A stretch of DNA of 64,000 nucleotides from Eledone cirrhosa (lineage: Eukaryota), in NCBI GenBank assembly GCA_964016885.1, contig OZ024740.1, forward strand, positions 174,716,001-174,780,000, read 5' to 3'. This document shows positions 39,456 through 53,369 of this stretch, in pieces. The notes below the pieces were generated by a model, which searched no databases, was not told the DNA's origin, and was given only the letters and a program-made list of their open reading frames with translations. The first letter of the stretch is position 1. Every line of letters begins with the position of its first letter. A program made the position numbers and the translations under genes.

Positions 39456-40156
39456 GTTCAGATGTAGACTCGCGCCTAAGTGTCTATATGGGAACAGGAG
39501 GTGCGAGTGTACATGTGAACACCTAACTGAGGAGCTTCCGATTTCAGAGTCAGGATCGATCATTAATCGATCGTTCCTCGAGCTGATCGACCGTGAAACA
39601 TATGTAATATGTAATTAAATATGTAGGTGATGCAACACTAATTCTTTGTTCCCTTATATATTATTATTATTATTATTATTATTGATATTCCAGCAGAATT
39701 ACGTCCCTTTACGGTCTGAGTTCAAATCCCGTCGAGGTTAACTTTGCCTTTCATCCTTACGGGGTCGATAAAATAATTACCAGTAATGTACTGGGTAATT
39801 GCTGGCCTTGTGCCAAAAAGTAGAAACAATTATTATTATTGATATTCTGCTCCTCACGAGTATTGAGTGCTCATCTTGGCATACTGCCTACGGACGCAAT
39901 TAATTTGCACCTCTAATACCTATATATATATATATATATATATATACCACAATGATGTTTTTCCATTTCAGAGACGTAGGTTGATACAATACAAAGGTCT
40001 GACGACATGGTGTGTTTGCTTGCAGTGTACCTTCGGTTTATGATAATATTTTTATATTATTCAAATAGTGAGGTATAGGTAACCCATACACTATAGTTAC
40101 CTATTGTTACCTAATAAATTCTTTATACCCGCATTTCCGTTTCATAAACTTCTTCT

Positions 40157-40212
<56 letters not shown>

Positions 40213-40282
40213 ATCAAGGTTTAGCAAATAGAGAAAAAAGTTTAAAATAAATTTTTAAAAGTTTACTGTACCTTCTATATTT

Positions 40283-40366
40283 ACCCTTACCGCGCGGTTT
40301 CAAGTGTCAAAATAAATGGATAATCCATGCGGACCACCATTGAGAAGGAGACTCTCGTCAGAGGGT
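40283..40366 (-). ncRNA. Type I hammerhead ribozyme motif in a TA-flanked element (~40208-40440)
   Basis: ACCCT-CTGACGA-GAGT...ACTT-GAAA-CCGCGCGG-TA-AGGGT. Confidence 0.8.
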
Positions 40367-40729
40367 TCTTCTCACTTGGAGAGTATAAAATTCCCGAGTT
40401 CAAATCACGAACTGGCGCCATACACAACTGTTCCCTGATATATATATATATATAACCTTAGAAACTGTCCTCATAAATTCTATGAAATTTAATGTGATTA
40501 AAATAATATAATTCAGATTAATGTACATCGTTTCACCAGGATATGATATTAGCTATATCATGTTATTATATCATGTTATCCAACTCATTGTTCTCCTGCA
40601 GCATCTGTATAACATTTATGCAGTTCATTTGTATTCAAAAGTTCAGAAAAAGTATTTTGAAATTGCGATACTTTCACAGATTTGAATCTTTTTACGATCG
40701 GTTTCAACATAGTTCATATTGTGGATCAT

Positions 40730-41245
40730 CAGTATCGGTAGATATGCTTTGCGGCCTAGAGTTACGGCCCTTTACGTTCTGAGTTCAAATCCTGCCGAGG
40801 TTAGCTTTGCCTTTGATCCTTATGTTGTCGATAAAATAAAGTACCAGTAACGCACTGGAGTCGATTTAATCGACTTTCCCCTCCCCCCAAAATTTGTTCC
40901 GGCTCTTTAAGTTCAGAGTTCACCTTTGCCTTTCATCCTCACGAGATCGATAAAATAAAGTACCAGTAACGCACTGAGGTCGATTTAATCGATTTCCCCT
41001 TCTTCCAACTGGCCAGGCCTTGTACCTAAATTAGAAATCATTATTGTTATTGTTGTGGATTGGCAGTATCGGTAGAGGGTCAGACGCCATGCTTTGGAGC
41101 AAAGAGTTACGGCCCTTTATGGTCTGAGTTCAAATCCCGCCGAGGTTAACTGTGCCTTTCATCCTTACGGGGGTCGATAAAATAAAGTACCAGTAATACA
41201 CTGGGATAATTGCTGGCCTTGTGCCAAAAGTAGAAACAATTATTA
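40730..41245 (+). mobile_element. Three tandem SINE family 1 copies or variants
   Basis: Three successive GCCTTTSATCC...GATAAAATAAAGTACCAG cores. Confidence 0.8.
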
Positions 41246-42559
41246 CTTGTAGAGGATAATCAACGTAATTACTGGTATTTAGACTAGGTCAGAATTTATG
41301 TTCATATGCTTGTATATTTGTTTGCCTGTATGCAACTGCGACTATATGTTTCCAGTGGAGAATGTTCAGTATGTTTAGAATGCTCACCGTTACCTGATTG
41401 GTGGAATCTGTTGGAATACAAATCAGTCGCGCTTATTTTCTTTCCTTCCTTTTTTTTTCTTAGAGCCTTGGTATTTCTAGGTTATTACATTACCATTTTG
41501 TCATATTGCCTGGAATACCGATACCTATTAATGGATATGAAAATATGTAATCAGAGCATAATACTGATGTACTTTTTAAAGAGTTGTTCACCGATGTATG
41601 TTTAGGTATTTATATTTTCGAATTACATCCGAACTCGAAGTGCTCAGATCTATTTATATACTTACCTCAAACATCCTGTTTCGTAACAAAATATAATTCT
41701 GGTGCACGTTTAATATAACACAACCGAAAACGTACGGTTCGTTTAGATATTTATGTAGGATATAAGTTTTTCATTTCATTTTCGTGTGATATTTTCGTTA
41801 TAACCTAATGACGATAATGAACTTAGTGCTAGAAATAGTTAATAGAACTAAATACTGCTAAACCCTTATTCTGGTTCTCTACAGTTTATGCTTCTCCATT
41901 GTCCTGTTCTATATTAAAAATAAGGTTACGTAGATTTGAATTGATATCTCCAAGAAACGAATTAAAAAGAAGCTATTCGCAATAAATTTAAATGAGAAAA
42001 TCCTTGGTCGATGAGAATTGTGAAGTAGATTCCGACAGATAGATTATTTCGTTTATCCCACATGCACTGAGTAATCCATTTCCCTTAATGGAATTCATAA
42101 GCAAAAAGAATCAGTTTATTCAACAGCATTCTCGTCGTGGTTATTGTCAGTGATAAATGAATAAATGGATGTATTGTTGAATGGTTGAATGGGGAGGGTT
42201 TATATTTATATTGAGGGAGCCATGGGCAATAGTAGTCTTGCTAGAGCAGGCAAATATTGAGCCTGGCATAGGTTGAACGAGTGGTTGTTGTTTTTCTTTA
42301 TAATCATGTTATTAATATCACAGCCGGCAATGCGAATATTTCGTAGTCCTGGCAAACGAAATAGCAAATGCGTTACCTTGAAGAATGACAGAGATGCGCT
42401 AAAAAGCAATTTCACTCCGCGAGGCTCATCCTTATGGATGATTATACCTATATCCCAATCAAACTGCGTAGGTAGATGGTTCGAAGGTCTAGGACACCGA
42501 TTGATTCCACTGTTATGCGGAAGGATGAAATGATATACAATGAAGCATATAATTCACTA

Positions 42560-43400
42560 TCGAACTACTACTGACACTCCTATTGAAGTTCTACCAAGAT
42601 AAATATTTAATACAACACTCAAATAACTATTGATAATCCACAATAAACATAGGTATATGCCATAGGTATTCAATACAGCGCTCAAATAACTATTGATACA
42701 CGCCACCAACATAGGTATTTAATACAGCAACCAACAACTACTGACACTCCCTCGTTGCCATAGGTATTCAGTACATCGCTCAAATAACTACTCATACTTC
42801 AACCTTAACATGGATATTCAATACAGCGCTCAACTACTACTGATGCTCTGTCACTACCATAGGTATTTAATACAGTGTTCAAGAACTACTAATGCTGCAC
42901 TACTACTATGGATATTCTATAAATCGCTCAACTATTACTGATACTTCGACATCATAGCGCTGTAATATATCGCTCAAATAACCTCGGATGCTCTACCACC
43001 AACTTATGTATTTAATACAACGCTCAACTTCTACTGATGCTTCTTCTACAGTAAGCATTTAATGTAGCGTTCAACTTTTACTAGTGCTTCTATTATAATA
43101 GGGATTTAATACAATGCTCAACTAATAATGATGCTCCACTACCATATGTATTTGATACAGCGCTCAATTTCTGTTGACGTTCTACCACTACCATAGGTAT
43201 TCAATACAGAGCTTAGATAGCTAATGATGCTCCACCACCACCATAGTAATCCCCTATTACCGATGAACCACTACCAACATAGGTATTTAATATAGAGCTC
43301 AACTACTTCTGATATTCCATCACCACTATAGTTATGTATTACAACGCTCAGATGTCTACTGATGTTCCACTAACATAGGTATATCATACAGCGCTCAACT
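42560..43400. repeat. Degenerate ~50-bp tandem satellite
   Basis: Unit approx. CCATAGGTATTYAATACAGCGCTCAACTACTACTGATGCTCCACCACTA, roughly 16 copies. Confidence 0.9.
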
Positions 43401-44104
43401 AGGGGTAGTTATTTGATCGATCTCAGATGGATGATTGACAAAGTCGACGCAGTGAGAATGGACCTCAGAAAAAGACAGAACTAAATAGTATTAGTTATTT
43501 AACCCGGCACTATACTATGTCTGCCCACTCACCATCGTAGGTCAATAGTAGATTATATTGTGTTCATAGCTAAATGATTTATAAGACAGGACAAATAGGG
43601 ATAAGACTGCGTTTCAATTATGTTGTTTAGCCCGAGGTCAACATTGGAACAGCAGATCTATGGTTAAAGGCATTCCAGTTACGACTCTATCGCTATTTCA
43701 AGGATATATCTAGGGCTGCATTGCTCAATGTGTCCTTCTATTATGTATAACAGTAGAGTGTGACTTGAGGAAGATTTAGGCTCTATTTCTAGCAATTCGT
43801 GCTACCCCGTAAAGGTCGCCTCGTTGACTCGTATTACAATCATGTTGTTTTTGTTGTTTAGCCCAAGGTCACTCTTAATGAATTTGACCTGAGCATCATA
43901 TCCGTGACCATTTCACATTTGTCCTGTGTGCAGGAAACCAAGAACATATTCAACGTATTGTTTTTTAAGACGGCAGGATGAATTTTGAGGAAACATTTTT
44001 AGTAAATGAGGTTACAATCATATCTTTAATGTTGGCGGTTGGGATGGTGGTGATTTGTATTTATGACGTAAGGGAAAAGAAAATTATTCAGCAGCAGCAA
44101 CAGC

Positions 44105-44162
<58 letters not shown>

Positions 44163-44570
44163 ACAATAACTGCAGTAAGAATAGCAAATCGGCAATATAG
44201 AAGGAAAGATCGACCGACATTAGACTAACTACTAAAGCAACATTAGTAACAACAACAATACTTTCAACACAGCAGCGACAACAGCAGCAGTAGCAACAAT
44301 AACAACATCAACAACAACCCCAGCGGCGACAACAACAGAAACAACAGCAGCAGCAGTGACAACAACAACAAAAAACAACAAGAGGAGCAACTAAACTAGA
44401 GGAAATAGCAATCGTACTTGTAGTAGTAGTAGCACCGTCTATAACAAAAGCAGTTGCACTAAAGAGTCTTAACATAGTCATTCGACCTGCTAAAAATAAC
44501 AGTAAAATGTCCCTCAAGTCACAAGGACACATACACTGGATAATTGAATTATGTCAGTGATACAATGTAT

Positions 44571-44637
<67 letters not shown>

Positions 44638-44789
44638 GACAGTCACACCAGGAGTGCCTGTGGTCAGAGGGCTTCTCAATCGGGTATGACATACATATAG
44701 CCAAGCGATGAGAACAACATCATCAGTTGTCCCACCAACAACACCAACTATAATAACGACAGCTTGAGTAGTAAAAAGGTGTGTGTGTG

Positions 44790-44842
<53 letters not shown>

Positions 44843-45764
44843 GCGTGCGTGTGTATGCATGCGTGTGTATGCATGCGTGTGTATGCATGCGTGTGTTGGA
44901 CATCCATCGGTTCTGATGATTTCAGTTATTCGAACAACGGAACAGACTGCTCATGAAATTACCATTCTGAATATTATACACACACGTGTACTCTTGACGT
45001 ACTTTTCAGGGAGATTCAGCGTGACACATTTAATGACAATGCTGGCCATTTGAATTACATTTACAACTCATATTTGCCAACTGAATGAACTGGAACAGCG
45101 TGAAAAATTACAACGCGCTTAAGAATACAACGCACCATCGGGAATCAAAATCAAGGACTTGCGATCGTATACCGAGCAATGTAACCTCTAAGCCACGTGT
45201 TTTTACAGAGTAGCGACAATACATCAACAACAATAGTAACATATTTATCAACCTGATTACCGGATGTCGCTCGGTCAAATCATGATCTGTGAAGAAGAAA
45301 TCGTTTAACAAATGCTAATTACTTCCTAAAGAAAATAGATCTGGGCAGACTTTGGCGATGAGTGTTCAGTTGTTCAATTAACTGAAATTACCTGATCCTT
45401 GATTTAGTTAGTATGTGGCTGAGTATTCCTACAGAGACATGAACCCTTAATGCTATCCTCTGGCAGAATCTGTGTGACACTAGGGATAAGACGGGACCTT
45501 TTTGAAATACATGTACAATCTATCCGGTACTCTTCCAAACAGCTTCTATCCAATTTCATTCACAAGGCTAAGGTCGACCCAAGGACATGCAATGTACCCG
45601 AACCCAGAATAGTGGCTAAGTGATGAGGTTTTCGTTGCGATACAACAACAACAAAAGTCTCAACTAATATTATTGTCAATAATAAAAAAGGGACTAATTC
45701 AGATGACTCACAAAGTTTTACGTCCTAATATTCTCGTAAAACAATTTTTTTTTTCACATCGTGG

Positions 45765-45910
45765 ATGAGCCATGGTTTAGTGGTTAAAGCGTCTGGCTTA
45801 CAATCCTGAGGTTGTGACTTCGATTCTCGGACCAAGCTTTGCGTTGTGTTCTTGAGCAAGACACTTTATTTCATGTTGCTCCAATTCACTCAGCTGTAGA
45901 AATGAGTTTA
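45765..45910 (+). mobile_element. tRNA-derived SINE family 2, partial
   Basis: TGGTTTAGTGGTTA A-box, TTCGATTCT B-box, CTTGAGCAAGACACTTTA core shared with 51960-52302. Confidence 0.7.
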
Positions 45911-47791
45911 CCCAGGTATGAGTTAAATAGCCTCACCAACCCGCAATTGGCCAAGCGCGGTGAGTACGGCTACACCCCTGACATTATCAAAACCAAAACC
46001 AAACAGAAAGCGGTGAGGTCAACCAGGGAGGGTTTCCTCCGGTAGGAGTGAAAATTCCCTGGATTGAATTGAATTGAACTGAAATACGCATAGAATTATA
46101 TTCACTTTCATTTATTTCGTGAGCTCAGAAAATGTTCGTTTCAGGTCACAGTGGTACTACGAAAATGACACCTCACGAAATAAATTAAAATTGAAGGTTA
46201 TGATTTTTGTATGTTTTAATGCTTAAATTGACAACGATGTAATTTCTTCTCGGATCAAGTCATTTGTCAAACAAGTACAACCATGAAATAGACTGTCTGA
46301 ATAAAAAAAATGAAATGTTCACAAATGTAATGTCATTGATCATGTATTTGCTGGACGAGCGGTACTGACTTGTTAAGATATAAATCACATCATATTTTTT
46401 AAATAAAATATCTCTATTTGACAGGCTGTAGTTTAAAAATTACAATTTTTATTGTAATTATTTTTAAAAAGCAACATCAAAAGCTTTATTTTTTTTCTAA
46501 ACTCTTTGTGAGAATTAACAGAATTTATGTCACTAGTGTAACGCACAAGTATAGAGTGCGTGCTGTCATCAGATTGGAAACGATATATACCAAGGAAAGA
46601 TCAAATATGTTTAATTAGCCAAGCAGGAGTAGATATTTAGTTGGGAGGGAGACTCTAAAACCCATAGAGTATAATTATCTTCCAATAACTGAATAAAAAA
46701 AATCCAGGAACCCAGTCTTCGCTAGCTTGACAATGCTAATAAATAAGTCGATAATAAAAATTCACTATTTAGTTCCACGTTCGCATGGTGTTGTGCGCTG
46801 CTCAAAATAGTATGAACAAAATCCTTTTAAATACTCAGACCTTCTTCTAGAGGTCATTTATGTAGGAAGAGGTCCACAAATAAGTTTATGTACGAAGAGG
46901 TCCACAAATAAGTCTCGGAGCTGGTGTTAGCAATTAACATCACACATAAAATATATGAAGTGGGGTCGTTCATTTTTTGTTGTAATTGAAATTTTCTTGT
47001 GGACAGAAAATGGAACTTTATTCGTCATTGCTTTCATTCATTTCTTTTTCGAAAATGTATTGAATATAACCATAGACCTTTAAAAGGATTAGTCTGAGGT
47101 GAACATAGTTTTTTGAGAAATTCGGGATCATTCTATATAGATAGTTTGCTTGTTAAAACCTCGAGAGTTGTGAATGTGGAACTGGTGGAAGAAGGCAGGA
47201 AGTCCAGATATTTCAGCTGAAAGACAAAAGCAACTTGAAGGCTGTGACATTTCGGTCGAAAGATAGCAACAAAAAATGAAACAATAATATCAAAAGCAAC
47301 CGAAATAATCACAAAACATTAATAACCACATAGAAGGTGCAGCTTCTTCAACTACATTTTTTTCTCCGGCAAAATTTCAGACGGTACAGACGGTATAGGA
47401 TCTGGGAATGGGTATCTTGACGAAATGCTAGGTTGTTGGGAGTAAGAGAAGTAATATATTATAATGGCCGTAAGCTAGGAAAAGTCAATCTCCGTAACAA
47501 ATGTTACTAAAGGCGATTAAACAACGTTTCGTCTGATCCACTTAAGCATGTGTTCATATTTATTGCAAAGAGCAAAACGAAGCTAAAGGATGAACAGGTG
47601 AGAGAGAGGAAAATAAAATTATACTGCACAAATAAAAGGTGAAAAGACTGCTGACTAATACAGTTAGATGTCTACAAACAAACGCTAGTTTCTTTCCAAG
47701 CAATCTGGGAAAGTTCCTTGCAGGGAAAGATACCGATTTCTTACTGGTGAATTCGGGATGTATAAGAACCCAAGCTTCCGATAAAAAGCCC

Positions 47792-47861
<70 letters not shown>

Positions 47862-48394
47862 CACACTAGGGAAATTTGACTTGTAGTGAATTGGTAGAAT
47901 CATTAGGGCGTCGGATTAAATACCTTGCGGTATTTGTTCCCAAGTTAACTTTGCCTTTTATCCTTTCAGGTGTGATAGAGTACCAGTGTCTAACAGTGGA
48001 TTTGGTGGTAGCTGTCCCTGTTCTGTGACTTCAATTACCGGGAAAATAGGTCTGACGTCCCTATCATTCAAACACACAAGAAGCATCCAATGAGGCACAA
48101 CCACATAGGAGGCCGGCGAAACCTGCACAAGTACGAGTCGTAGTAACAACCTTAATACTTCTAGGCAAATTAGAGGACGATGACCGGAAATGTGAGTTAG
48201 TTAAACAGAAACTGAAGGTGGGTGGAGTCAAAAAGAAAAATGTAATTCAAATCTGCTAGTTTTAAAAAAAGCGCTAGCGATAGAAAATACATTACTAGAG
48301 AAGAAATCATCAGACTAGCAAAGACTTATACGAATGGCATTGCGGCTAATATGCTATCGATAAGGGTAGTCTTAAATTATTTCTTCTTCTTGGG

Positions 48395-48567
48395 GGTCGG
48401 ACGCCATGCTTTCCAGCATAGTTACGTTCCTTTACAATCTGAGTTCAAATCCCGTCGAGGTTAACTTTGCCTTTCATCCTTACGGGGTCGATAAAATAAA
48501 GTACCGGTAATGCACTGAGTAATTGCTGGCCTTGTGCCAAAAGTAGAAGCAATTATTATTATTATTA
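48395..48567 (+). mobile_element. SINE family 1
   Basis: Core and (ATT)n tail. Confidence 0.85.
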
Positions 48568-49166
48568 ATTTGATATCACAGTCAATGGAAAATTTGCTCT
48601 AATGAACATCGTGCCACTGTCTGCAGCCTCAGATATTCAGGATGTATCGGAGCGGCCTTGCTGTTCCCAGTAGGCATGCCGTTTGGAGTATTCCAAAAAT
48701 GGGGGCTGGGCTAATGTTCTTTAACCAGCCATGGAAACTCTTCGAAGTAGTACCTAATGCTCCTATGACCATGAGGACGACAGTGATCTCATGACAGTCC
48801 CACTTTTCAGTTCCCACTTTAGATCCTGGTACTGGTTAATTTTCTCCTCTTTTTCTTGCACTCATGTGTCAAAGAGGCAAGCTACATCTATAATCAAACA
48901 AGATCTTTTTTCCTTGTCAAAGACCACCAGATCAAACCTATTGTGTTCTAATTATTGTCTGTTTGTATCCTGAAATCCCACAGCACCTTCACCCGATCGT
49001 TTTCAATCACCGACTCTGGCTTATGCTCATACCATTTCTCAGAATGAGGTAATTTGTTCAGTTTGCATAAATGCCAGTGAATCACTTTTCCTGTGATATC
49101 ATGTCTCCATCCTTTATAGTAAGTCTGCACTATGTCTGCACCAGATACGATATGAGCCACAGTTTC

Positions 49167-49233
<67 letters not shown>

Positions 49234-50550
49234 CAGATCCTATAGAACGGACTAGCCTCCTCGTCTTTATGGTGTTTGATCCACTTCGTTTAAAGCGATT
49301 GCTCCAATGCAGACAGTAGTGTTCCCTCAGTAGCTTTCTTAAGGTCCCCGTTCTATGTTGATCTCTGAATTCTGTTTTCATCTTTGCTGTTACGTCTTTC
49401 TTGGACATCCCCTGGTATATTGTCTCCTCCTTCAATACAACCTTAAGCATTGACTCGTTTCTCTCAGACACATATTTGTGTAAACAGCTCTTCCCCATCT
49501 GCACACAGTCCTCCATCCTGATTAGACCTCTTCTACCTTCAGATCTCCTTAAGTACAGTCTGTCAACGTCACCCTTCATATGAAACATACTGTAGGTAGT
49601 CATTCATTTCTTTCTCTTTCTATTTAGTTCTATTTGTTCGTTTACATTCCATTTTAAGAATTCCCGCAGTGTACCTAATAATAGACACAACTCGAGAATT
49701 TACTGCACTTATGGAATTTCTACTATTTAGATGTTATTTAAGTATGTTCCTTACTCTCGTTATGTATTCAGATCTTATCATTTCCTTCATGTTATTGTCC
49801 TTCATGTTATCTGCCTCCAGAACACTAAAATACCTATATCCCTCTTCGGTGTCGATCTCCTTTATCATCTCACCCGTTCGTACCTCGATTCCGTTGCTTC
49901 TCTTCAATTTACTTCTCATCATCACTAGGACTCCACACTTATTAACACCAAATGCCATACATATAATCATTGCTGAAAATACGAACAGTGTTAACAAGTA
50001 CATCCAACTCATAGACTTCCTGAAGAGTTTTAGGTCGTCCATGAAGAGAAAGTGGTTGATGGTAAGCTCTCCTCTTCCCAGTTCGTATCCTCCCTTCACT
50101 CTTCGTAATATGAGGGACACGTGTATAAGAGTAAGAACAAGCAATAAAGGAGACAGACTATCTCTTGATCTTCACTCCTCCCAAGGATTCTCCACCTGAT
50201 GTTAGCTCTGTCCCCCGGCATTACTTAATAGCAGTCTGATGTTGCCCGCCAACTTGAAGATTTCCAAACACTTTGTTATCCAAGAATAAGGAACCATGTC
50301 GAATGCCTTCTTGTAATCTATCCATCCCATAGAAAGACCAGTATGCCTCCTCTTGCAGTTCCATATATCATCTTGTCAATAAGTAACAGGTCGTTTGTAC
50401 CACGGGACTTCTTATGGCATCCTTTCTGTTCCTCTAGCAATCAGTTGTTTATGTTGATGTGGTGGTAAATTTCCTCAGACATAATGCTTGTTATCAATTT
50501 CCACATCAAGGACAGACAAGTGATAGGCCTATAGTTGGTAACGTCATTTC
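48568..50550 (-). mobile_element. R4/Dong-like non-LTR retrotransposon, 5'-truncated (RT plus restriction-like endonuclease)
   Basis: NYRPITCL, DYKKAFD, LFMDDLKL, DRLYLRRSEGRRGL, HIVSG, RHD, KVLWDFRIQTD, VIGALG; 3' end runs into (TAA)n. Confidence 0.85.
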
Positions 50551-50718
50551 CCTTTACGTTCTGAGTTCAAATCCCGCTGCGGTTAGCTTTGTCTTACATC
50601 CTTATGGGGTCAACAAAATAAAGTACCAGTAACGCACTGGGGTCAATTTAATCGACTTTCCCCTTCCCCAAAATTGTTGGTTGGCCTTATGCCTAAATAA
50701 GAAACCATTATTATTATT
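50551..50718 (+). mobile_element. SINE family 1 variant
   Basis: Core and tail GGCCTTATGCCTAAATAAGAAACCATTATT. Confidence 0.8.
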
Positions 50719-50925
50719 CATGCAAATCTAATTTATTTGACACAAATTTTGCAACATATAGTATCGCCTACCTATGCTTGAAACACAAGTCTCTTCAAAG
50801 GATAAATTAGTTTACTACTCCCTTTTCCGTGAAAGGCTAGGCTTGTATTCATCAAAAGCCTAGAACATGATTATTCATACAGAAAGGATATCATCATCAT
50901 CATCACCATCATCCTCATCATCATC

Positions 50926-50979
<54 letters not shown>

Positions 50980-51847
50980 CAACAACATCAGTAACAACAA
51001 TAACAACGGCAACAATAAATAGTCCGAGAAGATTTTGTTTTGTAATTGCATGGTTATCTCAGTTACCGGACGTTGTCTTTTTTCCCTAAATTACAGATTA
51101 TATTACATAGATCAGACCCTATCGTGGTGTTGAAGACACTTGCACGGGCTGCTACGCAGTATCACCGAATCTGAAGCGTTGTAATTGCGACGCAAACGTT
51201 TTAGCCCAACAAACCATCCCTGCGCCCATTTACAATGCGGTAGACTTCTATACAAATTAACACTTCTACACTACAACCATTCAGCATACTACATTGTATA
51301 TTAACATCATACATTAACAAACAATATATATCACAACATCACAAGTCTGTCACGCCTCAGTGTTTATGTATCTGCCGTTTACAGTAACAATGAAACAATA
51401 ACAATCATCAACATAAAGGGAAAAATACACCAATTGTACAACCCTGAATGTAACTAGGTAAAAATAAAGGATAAAATCTTAGCTATGAAAATATGTTTAT
51501 ATGAAATACAACGATATAGGTAAAGGAGTCGATAGACATGACTGATTGATGTAAGGAAATAAACATATTTGCTTCCGAGTATTTTGCAGATTTTTTTCTT
51601 CTTCAAAACTTTCAAAAACCACTTCAACATTAACATTACCATTACTCATAAAACATTCCTGTACGACAAGTGTATATTTCAATACAAAGGTTTGGCATCA
51701 GTCTGCTCAGTATTGATCCGAAGTTCATAGTACAAAACTTGCATAGAAGGAGTCAAGGTTATCGATATATTCAAAGGCTTCATTCAATAAGTGCTAACAG
51801 AAACAAGCAGGAAATTATATTTGTTTATTGGACATGACGTCTTCAAC

Positions 51848-52475
<628 letters not shown>

Positions 52476-52598
52476 GGAGGTGAGTTTTATTGTAGTACAA
52501 TAAAGCAATGCAGATATCGGATAAGAAGCACTCTACAGTTTGTGGGACTGGAGTATGCATAATATAAGATCAAAAGATGGTTAAAGGAGTTCCATATA

Positions 52599-52665
52599 TT
52601 TTATTATGCGCATTTCAAAAACAAACGTCATCAAGCAATAATATTTGTGTTTTCATCAGATAAAA
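52599..52665 (-). ncRNA. Type I hammerhead ribozyme motif (left arm of palindrome 52563-52882)
   Basis: Reverse-complement twin of 52780-52846. Confidence 0.85.
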
Positions 52666-52779
52666 CAGGAGAACATGATATGAAGGCTAAAAAAACACTT
52701 GTTGATAGTGCAGTTTTAAATCAACATATAACTGCACTATCAACGAGTGTTTTTTTAGCCTTCATATCATGTTCTCCTG

Positions 52780-52846
52780 TTTTATCTGATGAAAACACAA
52801 ATATTATTGCTTGATGATGTTTGTTTTTGAAATGCGCATAATAAAA
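52780..52846 (+). ncRNA. Type I hammerhead ribozyme motif (right arm of palindrome 52563-52882)
   Basis: TTTTAT-CTGATGA-long stem II-GAAA-TGCGCA-TA-ATAAAA. Confidence 0.85.
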
Positions 52847-52876
52847 TATATGGAACTCCTTTAACCATCTTTTGAT

Positions 52877-52963
<87 letters not shown>

Positions 52964-53037
52964 AAGGAATTGTGGTAAGGAACCAGATGGACCATAGCGC
53001 ATCAGAGTACTCAATACTTAGGGTAGTAGAGTGGGAA

Positions 53038-53152
53038 ATAGGAAAAAGTATGACCCCGACGGCAGAGCTCAAGCCGTTTCGACGGCTATTTCTGGACGTT
53101 CAGAAATAGCCGTCGAAACGGCTTGAGCTCTGCCGTCGGGGACATACTTTTT

Positions 53153-53157
<5 letters not shown>
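53038..53157. repeat. Near-perfect 120-bp hairpin containing two hammerhead 3' halves
   Basis: Each arm reads GTC-GAAA-CGGC-TTGAGCTCT-GCCG-TC-GGGG; related fragment at 59803-59856. Confidence 0.85.
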
Positions 53158-53186
<29 letters not shown>

Positions 53187-53240
53187 CAGTTTACTATCTG
53201 GGTACCTCAGCTAGTATATATATATATAAAAATTATGATT

Positions 53241-53369
53241 TTTTTTCTGAAGATGGCATATATAGGTGAAGGTATGTATATCTCCTCTGATAATTTGTAA
53301 TATTTACATCTTTAGCATGATATACATACCAACACACACGTATATATCCCAGAAACGATCGTAAAATGA
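53241..53369 (+). ncRNA. Type I hammerhead ribozyme motif with very long stem II
   Basis: TTT-CTGAAGA-TGG...CCA-GAAA-CGATCG-TA-AAA; internal GGTATGTATATC/GATATACATACC helix; stem I short. Confidence 0.7.

Noticed and set aside
42560-43400. CRISPR-like or ribozyme array
   Set aside because: The whole ~50-bp unit repeats with diffuse decay, no unique spacers, no cas genes; CTGATG is not followed by GAAA/stem III
46760-47160. Mariner transposase remnant
   Set aside because: Too decayed to support by eye
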